Shown in pieces: positions 41,722 through 51,975 of a DNA stretch of 64,000 nucleotides. The stretch's first letter is position 1. The number at the start of each line of letters is the position of its first letter. The notes beneath the pieces were generated by a model. The model saw only the letters and a list, made by a program, of their open reading frames with translations, had not been told where the DNA came from and did no database searches. This DNA is from a virus (Duplodnaviria > Caudoviricetes), in IMG/VR virus record IMGVR_UViG_3300034126_000020, positions 64,001 through 128,000 of that record. One strand, given 5' to 3'. Position numbers and translations under genes: made by a program.

Positions 41722-43142
41722 TTGAATCTCCTTTTGAACACGCGCAGCAGCGTGAACAGAATCGGGAAGTAATAGAAACGTTCCAGGTTGTCCCAGTGGA
41801 TCGCATGCGTGCAGAGGTAGTCAAGCGTGGTGATGTCGATGGCTTCGCCTTTCAAGGCCGCCATGGTCAACGTCTCCAGCTTGCACAACTTCGTGTCCGG
41901 TTTGTGGAGATAGAACTCCTTACTCAGCACGTAGTAATCATCAACGGTGACGCGCTTGATCTGTGGGGATCGCTCTGGTGAGTTAACCTCATAGATTTCC
42001 AGCGTCGGGTCTAGATTTAACGTAGGCTTGAGCAACCGGTTCAGGTCACGGAAGCGTGCAGCCCCTCTGACCAACTTCTCAAGGTCAGGATCGCCGATGT
42101 AAGGGCCGTAACCGCTGTCTGCATCCGTACGCGACATGTCAGGGTAGATGACAGCCTCAACACCGGAGTAATAGATGCTGTTGAGCGTTGGACGACGGTT
42201 GAAGAAGTTGTCCACATCCACCACACCGGCCTGATGAACACTCATGGCCAGCATTGCGTGGTCCATGGTCTCCAAGCAGTTCCAGAACGTGAACTCGTAC
42301 ATCGTCTGGTCGCCCTGAACGTTGAACTCGGTCAGGTGACGCATAGCCGGATGGTCCTGAGTCGTCAGGATGGTCTTCAGGTACCGCACGAGGAACGGAT
42401 CGTAGGTGATCCGTGGGTTGTGGCTTTCGCGCTGGTTTGGCACGAGCAACGACTGAAGGTTACGGGAGAAGTGATCGTGGAAGTACAACGCGATCAAACG
42501 CTCGTAGTGTTCCTTGAGGCGGTTGACCAGTTCCGTCTGTCCCTCAGAGATCATTGGATCGTTGCCGGTGTCCAAGAACTCCTTGTGGAAGATCGTGGTT
42601 TCCTGAGCACTGAAGTTGTACAGCTTGTCGTGCAGTTCCTGATCCACAGGGCAGATGAGGCTGTACTCGATCTCGTGAACAGTTGAGGTGTAGTGCGTCA
42701 GACGGTTAGTCGACGTCACACCAAACATGCCTTCACGGCCATCGCCCATGTCACCCAGGAAGATGTCGCCTTCCTTCGGTGGAAGCACCCCATAGACGTT
42801 TGCAGCGCCTTTGAGGGTCATGTCCTTGGTGTCGCCCACCTGAGACGGGGTCAACGGCTGCGTGACCTTCAGTTCAAAGCCCTTGATGAGCTTGTACTGT
42901 TGGAAGATCGGGTGCGTGTCCCGTTCCTGCAAGCGGTTGTCATCGTCTCGGCCACGGATCAACCAGAAGTAGTCGATGGTCCACGACTGGCCTGCAATGT
43001 AGCTGGTCAGTTGGTCGAAGTGGGTTTCGCTTGTGTCGACGGTGTTGCCGATGTACGCCTTCGGTTGGACCTTGACAGGTTCATTGACAGGCTTACCGAC
43101 AACGGTGTCGATGTTAGGCATCGTTGGAACTGGCATCTTCAT
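41718..43142 (-). CDS. virion structural protein (gp99-like; neck-like)
   Basis: 474 aa; WTIDYF…PPKEGDIFLGDMGDGREGMFGVTS resembles the head-completion/neck PxxGD motif. Confidence 0.6.
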   Translation of the reverse strand: MKMPVPTMPNIDTVVGKPVNEPVKVQPKAYIGNTVDTSETHFDQLTSYIAGQSWTIDYFWLIRGRDDDNRLQERDTHPIFQQYKLIKGFELKVTQPLTPSQVGDTKDMTLKGAANVYGVLPPKEGDIFLGDMGDGREGMFGVTSTNRLTHYTSTVHEIEYSLICPVDQELHDKLYNFSAQETTIFHKEFLDTGNDPMISEGQTELVNRLKEHYERLIALYFHDHFSRNLQSLLVPNQRESHNPRITYDPFLVRYLKTILTTQDHPAMRHLTEFNVQGDQTMYEFTFWNCLETMDHAMLAMSVHQAGVVDVDNFFNRRPTLNSIYYSGVEAVIYPDMSRTDADSGYGPYIGDPDLEKLVRGAARFRDLNRLLKPTLNLDPTLEIYEVNSPERSPQIKRVTVDDYYVLSKEFYLHKPDTKLCKLETLTMAALKGEAIDITTLDYLCTHAIHWDNLERFYYFPILFTLLRVFKRRFK

Positions 43143-44775
43143 TCACCCTGTTACGGTTTCCAGCAATGACCGTCAGATACATCACGTAAGGGACGTCTAG
43201 ACGGAAGCCGAAGTTGTCATCATTGTCATACCAGCTCTCGCTAGGATGACGATCGTTGTTGTTACTACCGCCCGGAGTCGGATTGGCATTCTCAGAACCG
43301 ACACGCTGATCTTGCAGGAAGCCGAAGAACCGCTTGATGTACGAGATGCTGAGTTTGCCATCTTCGGTCATGTGGTTGAGTTGAGCGTCTTCCACGTCCA
43401 GACGATTCACAGCGGTCTGGAATAGGCGCAGGGTGTTGTAACCCTCTTCGTGCATTCCCATCAGAGCCGCTTCGGTGTACTTGGCCAGCTCTGTACAGAA
43501 CGCCATGCGAACATGGTAGGTCTGACGAAGGTCAGCAGGCGTCTTGCAACGGATCTCGAACGCTTTGTCCGTGACCGTCACTTCCATGTCACCGTCGTCA
43601 ATGAACTCATCACCACGGAACAAACTGAAGTGGATCGGACTACGGCCCAACGTGGCCATCTTGTTACCCTGGCGCTGCATCCACGCAACGAACTCAGGCA
43701 AGAACCCCACGTCAAGGATGTCCTTCTCCGACAAGACCAGCGTCAAGTCCTTCGGTTCGATCACTGTCATCCAGTTGATGAACGACGTGGTGTACGGCAT
43801 GACCGATTTCGGAATCCACTCATCGAAGTCAGGGATCATGATCCCGCCGATAGGCTTCTTCGGAATGCGTGCGAGGTAGTCGAAGTGATCCAGTGCAAAC
43901 CGGTAGTCACTCTTGTAGCTCGGCAACATCATCGGGTCTTCGGTCTTCGCTTTGACGACGAGGAAGTCAGGCTTGATGAGTTGGTTATGCACGATCTGCG
44001 GATACAGGACGTTCAGCTCAACAGGTTTCAGGTAACTGAACTTGTAGTTGAACTGCACGGTGTAACTTGGGCCGTCTTCTTGCTTTTCTTCTTCCACTGG
44101 CAGGTCGAAATCGAACCAGCCTTGGATACCGATCTGCGTCTCACCGATAACCAGCAGGGTGACGTTCTCATTGCCCGCTTGGTTGGTCAGAACCTTGGCC
44201 CGCTTGGTGTAATAACGACGCAGGTAAGGACCCAGGTCTTCACCGTAACCGGCGACCTTCTCACGCAACTCGTGCATGTGCATCAGCAACCCAGCACAGA
44301 AGTCTGGAACCGCGAAGAAGTACTCCGCTTGGTGCAAGTGCGATTGACGGTTGTCTGCCATGCGGACTTTGATGTCGTCCCGCCACACAGCCGCTTCTTG
44401 TTTCGACTTGGCCCGGTAAGTGAAGTTCAGCTCCATCTCGGTATTGCTGTAGATAGGCTTGATGTGAACCCCAATCTCAGGGTCAGCAAAAATAGGCTGG
44501 GCGTACGGGTGACGGACTTCGCTGTTGATCACCTCAGAGTCCACGTAAGTTTCACGCAGAGAGACAATCACACGCCCGTCATGTTGCCAGCGGTTGATGA
44601 GTTTGGTGTCACCCAGTTCAGTACCGGGTTGTGCAGCCACCCCTGAATCACCCCTGATCTCAATGCGAGTTTCGGGGATACGGGAGATGCGCACGACGTT
44701 ATCAATCACTGACTTGGCCACACGGCGTGTGACGGTATCGTAAGTGTTTGGCAACGGGATAAGTAGGTTAGGCAT
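43114..44775 (-). CDS. virion structural protein (gp98-like)
   Basis: 553 aa in the structural block. Confidence 0.6.
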   Translation of the reverse strand: MPNLLIPLPNTYDTVTRRVAKSVIDNVVRISRIPETRIEIRGDSGVAAQPGTELGDTKLINRWQHDGRVIVSLRETYVDSEVINSEVRHPYAQPIFADPEIGVHIKPIYSNTEMELNFTYRAKSKQEAAVWRDDIKVRMADNRQSHLHQAEYFFAVPDFCAGLLMHMHELREKVAGYGEDLGPYLRRYYTKRAKVLTNQAGNENVTLLVIGETQIGIQGWFDFDLPVEEEKQEDGPSYTVQFNYKFSYLKPVELNVLYPQIVHNQLIKPDFLVVKAKTEDPMMLPSYKSDYRFALDHFDYLARIPKKPIGGIMIPDFDEWIPKSVMPYTTSFINWMTVIEPKDLTLVLSEKDILDVGFLPEFVAWMQRQGNKMATLGRSPIHFSLFRGDEFIDDGDMEVTVTDKAFEIRCKTPADLRQTYHVRMAFCTELAKYTEAALMGMHEEGYNTLRLFQTAVNRLDVEDAQLNHMTEDGKLSISYIKRFFGFLQDQRVGSENANPTPGGSNNNDRHPSESWYDNDDNFGFRLDVPYVMYLTVIAGNRNRVNEDASSNDA

Positions 44776-44821
44776 GGGGGCTCCCCCGGGTGAATGATCT
44801 TTGACATAAAATCAGTCGATT

Positions 44822-44851
44822 CGGCATAAGGGGAGAGCCGAAGCCCTCCCC
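44822..44851 (-). terminator. terminator
   Basis: GGGGAGGGC-TTCG-GCTCTCCCC then TTATGCCG. Confidence 0.85.
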
Positions 44852-44857
44852 CAGTCA

Positions 44858-46282
44858 TCAGCGGTTGACAGCCACGTAGGCTTTCATCTGCTCTTCCAGC
44901 ACGTACAGCAGGCCATCGGCGTAGCGGTACATTGGAGCGCGCAGAGTCAGCGTGTGGTAGTACGCCTTGTCGAGGAACATGAACATCGCGGTGCAACCCA
45001 CGTCCAGAGCACGCCACAGCTCGTTGTTCATGTGCGGGAATTCCATCGACACGATCATGGTGTACAGACGGTTGTACACTTTGTTCGCTTGCTGCCATGC
45101 ACCGGCCAGTTCGTCGTAGTAGGTGTTGTCAGCCAGACCCGAGTCGTCGAGGATCGAACCCACGGCATCCAGGATCACCTGAAGCTGAGGGATGTCGTAG
45201 ACAGTGCTCGGAACCGAACCCACTTGACGGTACTTCACAAACGCTTGGTTCATGTCGACCAGACGCACCAGTTCCATGATCCATTCAGCATCACGGTAGT
45301 TGGTACGATACTGCTTGGACGGGTCCATGAACGTCATGCCGCCCACGATCTCACGTTCACGTACGTTCGCCTGAGCGAAGTAGGTGTCGATCGGCAGAGG
45401 CTGGGTGACGGTCTTGAAGATGTTGCGCATCTTCTCTTCAGCAGCGATTTCGTCACGGGCAACCAACACGTCAGCGATCACGTCACCGATAGCATCGGAA
45501 CGGGTGATGGCGTCTTTGTACAGGTTCTCGTTGGCGAACTTCATCAGGTCAGACGCTTCTTTGATAGCGGCCGACATGGTGGATTCTTCGAACGGTACGA
45601 ACGCACCATCGCGGTACGCAGCGAACAACGCTTTCGGGTTGTAACGCATTTGCTTGTTCGGAATGCCGTAGTCAGGACCGATGCCCTGAATGCGCTTCTG
45701 AACAGCTTCAGCACGGTCCATCAACGATTGACGGTTCACGAAGCTACGACGCTGGTTGATCGCCATGTTCTGGAACTTCTCGGCGACCCACTTCTTGATG
45801 GACAGCAGGGCTTTCTTCACCCAGTCCACCAGGCCTTCCATGGAAGCCGTGGTGATCACGTTGTCAGCCGACATCAACACAGGGGCTTCGTCACCGATGC
45901 CGTACTGGGAGTTGATGTTGCCGATGGCGCTGTTGGCTGCTGCCAGAGCGGTGTCATCAATGCTTTCCATCGAAGCGATGGTAGCCAGCATTTCCATGGA
46001 AGCCATGGTACCGCCGACCATTTCCTTGATCTCGTTGATCGAGCCACGCAGTTCAGCGTGTTCCATCTCGTTCTGATCCAGGAAGTCACGGCAGCTCTCG
46101 GACAGATAGTCCGGGTCCTTGTAACGCTCGTCTTTCATGTGCTCAACGACGTCAGCAGCGATCTGCTCGGACGTGATGAGTGGCAGGCCTTCGACAGGAC
46201 CTTGATCGTCGGTATTGGTGGCGACGGGTTGAGTCACACCGGCCAACGAATCGGCAAGCAGGGATTCCAAACTGGCTTTCAT
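44858..46282 (-). CDS. internal head (inner-body-type) protein
   Basis: acidic propeptide with ASLE/ASME x several, then GLVDWVKKALLSIKKWVAEKF amphipathic helix. Confidence 0.75.
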   Translation of the reverse strand: MKASLESLLADSLAGVTQPVATNTDDQGPVEGLPLITSEQIAADVVEHMKDERYKDPDYLSESCRDFLDQNEMEHAELRGSINEIKEMVGGTMASMEMLATIASMESIDDTALAAANSAIGNINSQYGIGDEAPVLMSADNVITTASMEGLVDWVKKALLSIKKWVAEKFQNMAINQRRSFVNRQSLMDRAEAVQKRIQGIGPDYGIPNKQMRYNPKALFAAYRDGAFVPFEESTMSAAIKEASDLMKFANENLYKDAITRSDAIGDVIADVLVARDEIAAEEKMRNIFKTVTQPLPIDTYFAQANVREREIVGGMTFMDPSKQYRTNYRDAEWIMELVRLVDMNQAFVKYRQVGSVPSTVYDIPQLQVILDAVGSILDDSGLADNTYYDELAGAWQQANKVYNRLYTMIVSMEFPHMNNELWRALDVGCTAMFMFLDKAYYHTLTLRAPMYRYADGLLYVLEEQMKAYVAVNR

Positions 46283-46291
46283 GTCAGTTCC

Positions 46292-47557
46292 TTATTGAGC
46301 AGACAGAGACTTGCGACCGTAGGTCAGCAGGTTACGGGAAACAGTCAACAGGTTCGTGGTCATTTGATCCACGGGGCCAAGTGCCCAACCTGCGTAGTTG
46401 CGTACGAAACGAAGCACGCTTTCATCAGTACCACCGCCGTCATTAGTAGACGCAGTAGCTTGATAACGCTCACCAGCACGCAGCACGTTCTTGATCTGGC
46501 TTTCGATACGGTTGAAACCAATCGACCGTTCTTGGCTATCAATGACATCCAGGATCTCGACCACGCGCTTGGCAAGGATCTCGACCTGCATCCCGCTGGC
46601 CGCTTTCACGGAACCGGAGATGATGGCGCTGGAGTTGACACTGGTCAGGGCAAACTTCACGCCGGTGGTTCGCACAGCTTGTGCAAAGCCCAACGAGTTA
46701 GTGGCAGCCAAGCCACGTTGCTCAGGTTCCAGGGTCAGGAAGAACAACGACCACCCACCGATGATCGGAGGGGCCGACAGGGTCAAGCGACGACCAAAGC
46801 GAGCGTCACGGTACACCATGGCTTTCATCTTGGACGCAATCTGATCCACAGGCATTGTGGAGAACAGGTTGGACACCTCGTTCAACTTCTGAGGACCACC
46901 ACTGCCTTCGGTGAGCATGCGTTCAAACTGCTTACCGATTTCCAACATGCCAGGACCGTACGCATCCGTGAAGATCTTGTACTGCTCAAGTGCAGCACTG
47001 ATAGCCCGGATGATAGCGTCAGGATCGGACAGGACGTTACCGCCTACGATCAACGACTTGATCTCAAGGCCCAGATCAATGTTGGGTTTACGTACAGTGC
47101 CATAGCGACGCACAGCAGCGTGTTTGGCAAGGTGTTGAGCCGAGATGCGCAGACGGCCACGGTAAGAGGCGATCTTGTCCCAGAAGCCCTTGAGGGACCT
47201 CAGGAGAGACAGGATGGCACCTACCAAGCGCTTCCACAGTTCCTTGAGACGATCCTTGAGCGATTCCGTGGAGACGGTACCGTTCTCATGACCTTCAAGC
47301 TCGGGGATGATGTCAGCGACTGTCAGGCCGATGTTACCGATGAGGTTTTCGAAGCTGACAGTAATGGAGGCCTTGTGGCCCGGTGTAACAACTTCATGGC
47401 TACCCAGATGCTGGATCAGGGCTTCCAAAGAGTCGGTGGCATTGAGCAGTGATTCGAGTTGGGCTTTCCCTTGAGTGAGACTGCGCTCTGCCTCAAGGAC
47501 GTCTACGAACCCCTCACTCTCGTTGCCCGCAATTGCTGGCAGTTCTTCATCAGACAT
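46292..47557 (-). CDS. internal head protein
   Basis: VSFE, VSTE|S then LKDRLKELWKRLVGAI helix; paralog of neighbours. Confidence 0.75.
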   Translation of the reverse strand: MSDEELPAIAGNESEGFVDVLEAERSLTQGKAQLESLLNATDSLEALIQHLGSHEVVTPGHKASITVSFENLIGNIGLTVADIIPELEGHENGTVSTESLKDRLKELWKRLVGAILSLLRSLKGFWDKIASYRGRLRISAQHLAKHAAVRRYGTVRKPNIDLGLEIKSLIVGGNVLSDPDAIIRAISAALEQYKIFTDAYGPGMLEIGKQFERMLTEGSGGPQKLNEVSNLFSTMPVDQIASKMKAMVYRDARFGRRLTLSAPPIIGGWSLFFLTLEPEQRGLAATNSLGFAQAVRTTGVKFALTSVNSSAIISGSVKAASGMQVEILAKRVVEILDVIDSQERSIGFNRIESQIKNVLRAGERYQATASTNDGGGTDESVLRFVRNYAGWALGPVDQMTTNLLTVSRNLLTYGRKSLSAQ

Positions 47558-47611
47558 GACAAATGCTCGTTAAGGATGGAGGAGGACAATTCACCATAGA
47601 ATTCGTTCAAA

Positions 47612-47654
47612 CGGAATAAAAGATGTCCACCCAGCCGTAGCCAGATGGACATCT
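47612..47654 (-). terminator. terminator
   Basis: AGATGTCCA…TGGACATCT stem then TTTATTCCG. Confidence 0.7.
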
Positions 47655-47669
47655 CTAACCAAACGCTAC

Positions 47670-48974
47670 TTAGGCTGCTGGAGCAGCGGCCGCAGCGGCG
47701 GCGTCTTTCTTGGCCGCTTTACCGTATTGGGCCAGTACTTTGGCGCCGAACGATGCGGAGGCTTTGGCAGCGCTGCCCATGAAGGACAGATACTGGTGCG
47801 AGCAACCAGTGGTCAGACGGGCGGCTTTGTTCAGCTTGGCCAGAACGGCTTTGGCGGAACCAGCTTCGGTCTTGTCCAGGGTATCGCCTTTGGCAACCAG
47901 GCTGTTACCGGCCTTGACTGCGTCGTTGATACCTTTCTCGGCCATGCCAGCAACGGCTTTGGACGCGATGATCAGCTTGCCCATGTTGACGATCTGATCG
48001 GCCAGCTTGCCGATTTCGTCGACGGATGGCAGGTCGAATTCAGCTTCGCTGACTTTGGCCGACTTGTCTTGCGACAGTTTCAGGCTGGCTTCGGCCAAGC
48101 CGTCCAGACCTTCTTTGTTGCCGACGGTCAGGTCGAAGTAGTAGCCGCCAGGCAGCTTGCCCTTCATGTCTTCGGTCAGGCAGGCTTCGACGTTGATCGA
48201 ACCAGCGACTGCTTTCAGACGGTCAGGATGAACTTCACCTTTCTGGATTGCCTGGTACAGCGGGTTCAGCGCGGCCAGGATCTTGCTGGTGTAGTTCTTC
48301 ACGCCGACGTCGTAGCCATGGTTGATGGCCGACAGGGCTTGAGCAGGAACGGCTTTACCGCCGACTACCAGGAAGTTCAGAGCCATGCCCATGCTGATCT
48401 TGGCAACCGAAGGATTTTGGCCTTTGGCAGCAGCAGCGCGTTGCTTCAGCGACTGACCAGCAGCAACTACGGCAGGACCGGATTTGCCCATGGTGGCGAA
48501 GAAGTTCTTCACGGCAGCCCAAGCGCCTTGAACGGCGTTCTTGATGGCTTCCCAGATTTTGCTCAGCAGGGCTTTCGCGCCTTCCAGAGCTTCCATCGAG
48601 GCTTGCAGCTTGTCGCCGGTACCGCCGAAGGATTCGGTGGAAACGGTGAATTCAGAAGCGTCGATCGGCAGGCGGCGAGTGGCGATTGCCAGAGCGCGAC
48701 CGTGAACGTCAGCAGCCTGTGGGCTCATACCGCCGTCGGCGATAGCGCTTTCCAGGGAAGCGATCAGGCTTTCCATGCTGTCGGCAGCTTGCGACAGTTC
48801 TTCAACAGCTTCGTCGTGCTCTTCGACGATGGCGGAATCACCACGGGCTTCTTCCAGAACCTCGTCAACTGCGACGATGGTTTCTTCGGTTACCGGGTTG
48901 ATTTCTTGGCTGGCATTAGGGTCAATGCCTTCCATGGAGACGTTCAGAGCACTGTGCAGAATCGAGTTACGCAT
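47670..48974 (-). CDS. internal head protein (gp93/gp95-like)
   Basis: VSME, DSME, ASLE, VSTE, ASME|A then AKALLSKIWEAIKNAV; Ala-rich, likely highly expressed; start MRNSIL (GGAG RBS). Confidence 0.8.
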   Translation of the reverse strand: MRNSILHSALNVSMEGIDPNASQEINPVTEETIVAVDEVLEEARGDSAIVEEHDEAVEELSQAADSMESLIASLESAIADGGMSPQAADVHGRALAIATRRLPIDASEFTVSTESFGGTGDKLQASMEALEGAKALLSKIWEAIKNAVQGAWAAVKNFFATMGKSGPAVVAAGQSLKQRAAAAKGQNPSVAKISMGMALNFLVVGGKAVPAQALSAINHGYDVGVKNYTSKILAALNPLYQAIQKGEVHPDRLKAVAGSINVEACLTEDMKGKLPGGYYFDLTVGNKEGLDGLAEASLKLSQDKSAKVSEAEFDLPSVDEIGKLADQIVNMGKLIIASKAVAGMAEKGINDAVKAGNSLVAKGDTLDKTEAGSAKAVLAKLNKAARLTTGCSHQYLSFMGSAAKASASFGAKVLAQYGKAAKKDAAAAAAAPAA

Positions 48975-49118
48975 GAGTATAAAACTCCGTGTTTGCAAAC
49001 AGAAGGAATGAGACGCAGACGGAGCCTAGGACAGTTCCGCATCTCTGCACACAATAGGTGCTTTTTGACAACGATGCGGCTTACACCGCATCATCGTGAT
49101 TGTGCCAGCTTTAGGGCA

Positions 49119-49646
49119 TCAGCTCGGAGGACGACCTTCGGTCTGATGGTACCAGCCGCTAGGCAGGCTACCGCCGATCAAGTTCAAAGACATGACCAGG
49201 TCGGTGAGGCCGTCTTCTTGAGACAGCCAACGGGAAAGGATCGTGCTCGCATCGGCATCGAAGGCCCAGCCCAGGTTCTGTTCACGGATGATAGCTTTCG
49301 CATCAACCGCAACCACGTCCTTAGGATGGAACAACATCAGATCCCGGTAGTTCTCCAAGGAGAGCTTACGAGCATTACCGGAAAGGAACGCCAGGGTCGA
49401 CACGGTGAAGTTGAACACCCAGTGGGAGCACGGAGTATTCAGCTGTCTGGTCAGGATGAACCGGCCATCACGGTCGAACAGGATTTGCTTGGCGGCTTTC
49501 AACACATCTTGCACATAACCGAAGTCTTCGGCGAAGTGGTTGTTGGTCTCCATATGATGATAGATCGTATCGATCACAGGGAGATCAACGTAACCAGTCT
49601 GCGCACCAGTGCTCAGCGTGAAGCCGCGATGAGTGGTCAGGCTCAT
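49119..49646 (-). CDS. conserved phiKZ-like protein
   Basis: 175 aa, ATGA coupling. Confidence 0.6.
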   Translation of the reverse strand: MSLTTHRGFTLSTGAQTGYVDLPVIDTIYHHMETNNHFAEDFGYVQDVLKAAKQILFDRDGRFILTRQLNTPCSHWVFNFTVSTLAFLSGNARKLSLENYRDLMLFHPKDVVAVDAKAIIREQNLGWAFDADASTILSRWLSQEDGLTDLVMSLNLIGGSLPSGWYHQTEGRPPS

Positions 49647-50530
49647 GCGTACTTCGCCTCCATCTTCATGATCTTCTCGGAAGTCTGGTTGAGGTAACCC
49701 TCATACTTCGAGATGGTCCGCTCCAGCTGCGCATCGTTCTTGCCGTCGTTTTGCAGACGCAATTGTTCGAGACGCAGTTGAATGGAACGGGCATCTTCTT
49801 TCAGACGCTCGTAGCGGGCCACCTGGAGGGTCGAGTACCAGATGCCGATGGACAGCGCGATGCTGGAGATACCCGGGATGAAGTTGTTCTTCAACGGGTC
49901 CAGCTTCATGAAGCCCACCTGAGGAGCGATGATCTTGTCATCGTCTTCGCCAACCACGATGTCCGGAATGGACTCGATCAGCGAAGCAATCTCACGGCTT
50001 GGTTTCGAGAAGGTCGTCAGCAATGTGAAGAACGCCAGTTGGTTGCTCTTCAGCCACGCCAGTTCAGGACGTGGACGCTCAGCGCCTTCAGGGTGTTCTT
50101 TCGACGTCACCGAGGCTTCAGCCACCAGCAGGTAGTGCAGCAACTGCATCGAATACGTGACCACGAAGTCCATGTACCCGATTGTGCGCAGCAGCTCAGC
50201 CCGGCGGTAGGTGATACCTTCCACGACGATGTCCTTGCCGTAGCTCTTCTCAGCGATGGCCGAGAGCAGCTCCAGGGTCACCGACATGCTCGTCAGGACT
50301 TGACGGATGTAGGCAATCGGGGTCATGCGTGGGGGCAGACGAACACTCTTGCCCAAGTCCAGTTCAAACTGCTTACCGGCCTTGGACTTGAAGACACTCA
50401 GCGTGCCCTCAGCGTTCATGTGGGTTTCGAGAGCTTTCTGCATGGCTTGAGAAAGGATTCTCAGCTTCTCTTTCAATTCATCCTTCGTGAAGGACGCCAC
50501 CATACGGTGAAGGAAATCAAGGATACGCAT
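49643..50530 (-). CDS. internal head protein (gp90-like)
   Basis: 295 aa; DPLKNNFIP…C-terminal coiled coil; synteny. Confidence 0.65.
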   Translation of the reverse strand: MRILDFLHRMVASFTKDELKEKLRILSQAMQKALETHMNAEGTLSVFKSKAGKQFELDLGKSVRLPPRMTPIAYIRQVLTSMSVTLELLSAIAEKSYGKDIVVEGITYRRAELLRTIGYMDFVVTYSMQLLHYLLVAEASVTSKEHPEGAERPRPELAWLKSNQLAFFTLLTTFSKPSREIASLIESIPDIVVGEDDDKIIAPQVGFMKLDPLKNNFIPGISSIALSIGIWYSTLQVARYERLKEDARSIQLRLEQLRLQNDGKNDAQLERTISKYEGYLNQTSEKIMKMEAKYA

Positions 50531-50558
50531 TGCAGTCTTCCTTTAAACGGGCTGGGGA

Positions 50559-51962
50559 TCAGATACGGCCTGGTGCTTTGCCGAGCTGGTAAGATTTCAG
50601 GATGTCCATCAGCTCTTTGCTGTCAGACTTGCCTGCCGACTTGATGTCGTTCTTGGTCAGCTTGGAAGGCATTTCGATACCGCGGGTGTAGATGGTGACC
50701 GATTCCCAATCCGGGTCCACTACGATCATCAGCATCGAGTAGGTGTGACCGAAGATGCCTTGACGGGTCTTGAAGTTGCTCAGTTGGCCACCGATACGGC
50801 GTTCCAACTCGCCAGCAGTCTTCACGTCCAACACGAGGATGGCAGATGCAGTGCCCAGCGAAGGACCACCAGCCATGGCTTGTGCAGCGGAGTTCTTGGC
50901 AGCGCGAGCGTAGACGGTCTTGTAGTAGCCAGTCTCGTCTTTCATCATCGCGGCGCGGTGAGCATCCACACGGTCCATTTGCAGAACGAAGTCAGACCAG
51001 AAGCCCACTTCGCCAGCACGCCAAGCTCTCCAGCGGCTACGGAAGGTGACATCGGTACCACCGACGGCCAGAGTCTGGGTCATGACGTCGGACGGCATGG
51101 CGGCCACACGGAGGCGGATGGTGACAGGGACTACGGCGTCTTTGCCGTCTTCGCTGATGGTCACATCAATGACGTTACCGACGGCGAGGTTGTTAACCTT
51201 CTCGACGTACTTGGCAGCGTTCTGAACACCCGTGCCATTCTTGGCCAGGCGCTTGCGCTCTTCTTCTTCAGCGCGTTTGGTTGCAGCAGAAGCGGCAGCA
51301 GCATCAGCGGCTTCAGCTTTCTTCTGACCATAAGCAGAAGCGTTCGCACCGGCCTTGACGTCTTCGCCGTCATCCAGCAGGTCAGCGGTCACGTTGGCAG
51401 CAACCATGTCACCGTTGCTGATCGCTTCCATCGCTACTTGATGTTGTTCGGCCAGGATCTCGTCGATGAACGGCAGACCGAAGTCAGCCATCGATGCGGC
51501 GAAGGATTCCATGGATGGCGATTCGGCAAACATGGTCAGTGTGGCGTCAGCCAAGTCGCGGTCAGTGGCGAACTTGTCCAGACGACGACCTACCGATACA
51601 CCGTTGATTTTGGTGTCGAGAGAAACCGCCAGCAACCAGTAACCCGTGAACATGTTGTACGCAGTATGGACCACGTCTTGAATGAACGGGATCTGGACTG
51701 CACGCTTGTCCATCAGCAAGATGGGCTCAACACGCGCAGATTGTGTGAAGCGAACCAAGTCGCCTTCCTTGCTACCGGCCAGTACGCTCTTGGCAGTCTC
51801 GATGACTTTGCCAGCAGCTTTCTCGCTGATTTTGCTTGAGATGGCGGCGACGACTTGAGGGGTGTACTTGGCCAGAAGGCCGATGCCCGTAGTAACCAAT
51901 AGGGCAGTGCCAGCGAACTCTTGCGAGACGTTGTACTGCGTGAGTTTTTTGTCCATGAACAT
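50559..51962 (-). CDS. internal head protein (gp89-like)
   Basis: 467 aa; FTQSARVEPILLMD, PSME, VAME; synteny. Confidence 0.7.
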   Translation of the reverse strand: MFMDKKLTQYNVSQEFAGTALLVTTGIGLLAKYTPQVVAAISSKISEKAAGKVIETAKSVLAGSKEGDLVRFTQSARVEPILLMDKRAVQIPFIQDVVHTAYNMFTGYWLLAVSLDTKINGVSVGRRLDKFATDRDLADATLTMFAESPSMESFAASMADFGLPFIDEILAEQHQVAMEAISNGDMVAANVTADLLDDGEDVKAGANASAYGQKKAEAADAAAASAATKRAEEEERKRLAKNGTGVQNAAKYVEKVNNLAVGNVIDVTISEDGKDAVVPVTIRLRVAAMPSDVMTQTLAVGGTDVTFRSRWRAWRAGEVGFWSDFVLQMDRVDAHRAAMMKDETGYYKTVYARAAKNSAAQAMAGGPSLGTASAILVLDVKTAGELERRIGGQLSNFKTRQGIFGHTYSMLMIVVDPDWESVTIYTRGIEMPSKLTKNDIKSAGKSDSKELMDILKSYQLGKAPGRI

Positions 51963-51975
51963 TTCCCTTTAAGGC

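Noticed and set aside
49010-49060. Possible terminator between 49119 and 48974 genes
   Set aside because: The stem is too imperfect and has no clear tail
44954-49697. Very long + strand ORFs (832 aa, 656 aa; also 23953-25542, 32905-34269, 54594-56111 antisense)
   Set aside because: They are antisense shadows of strongly codon-biased genes on the opposite strand; no RBS, atypical composition, no motifs
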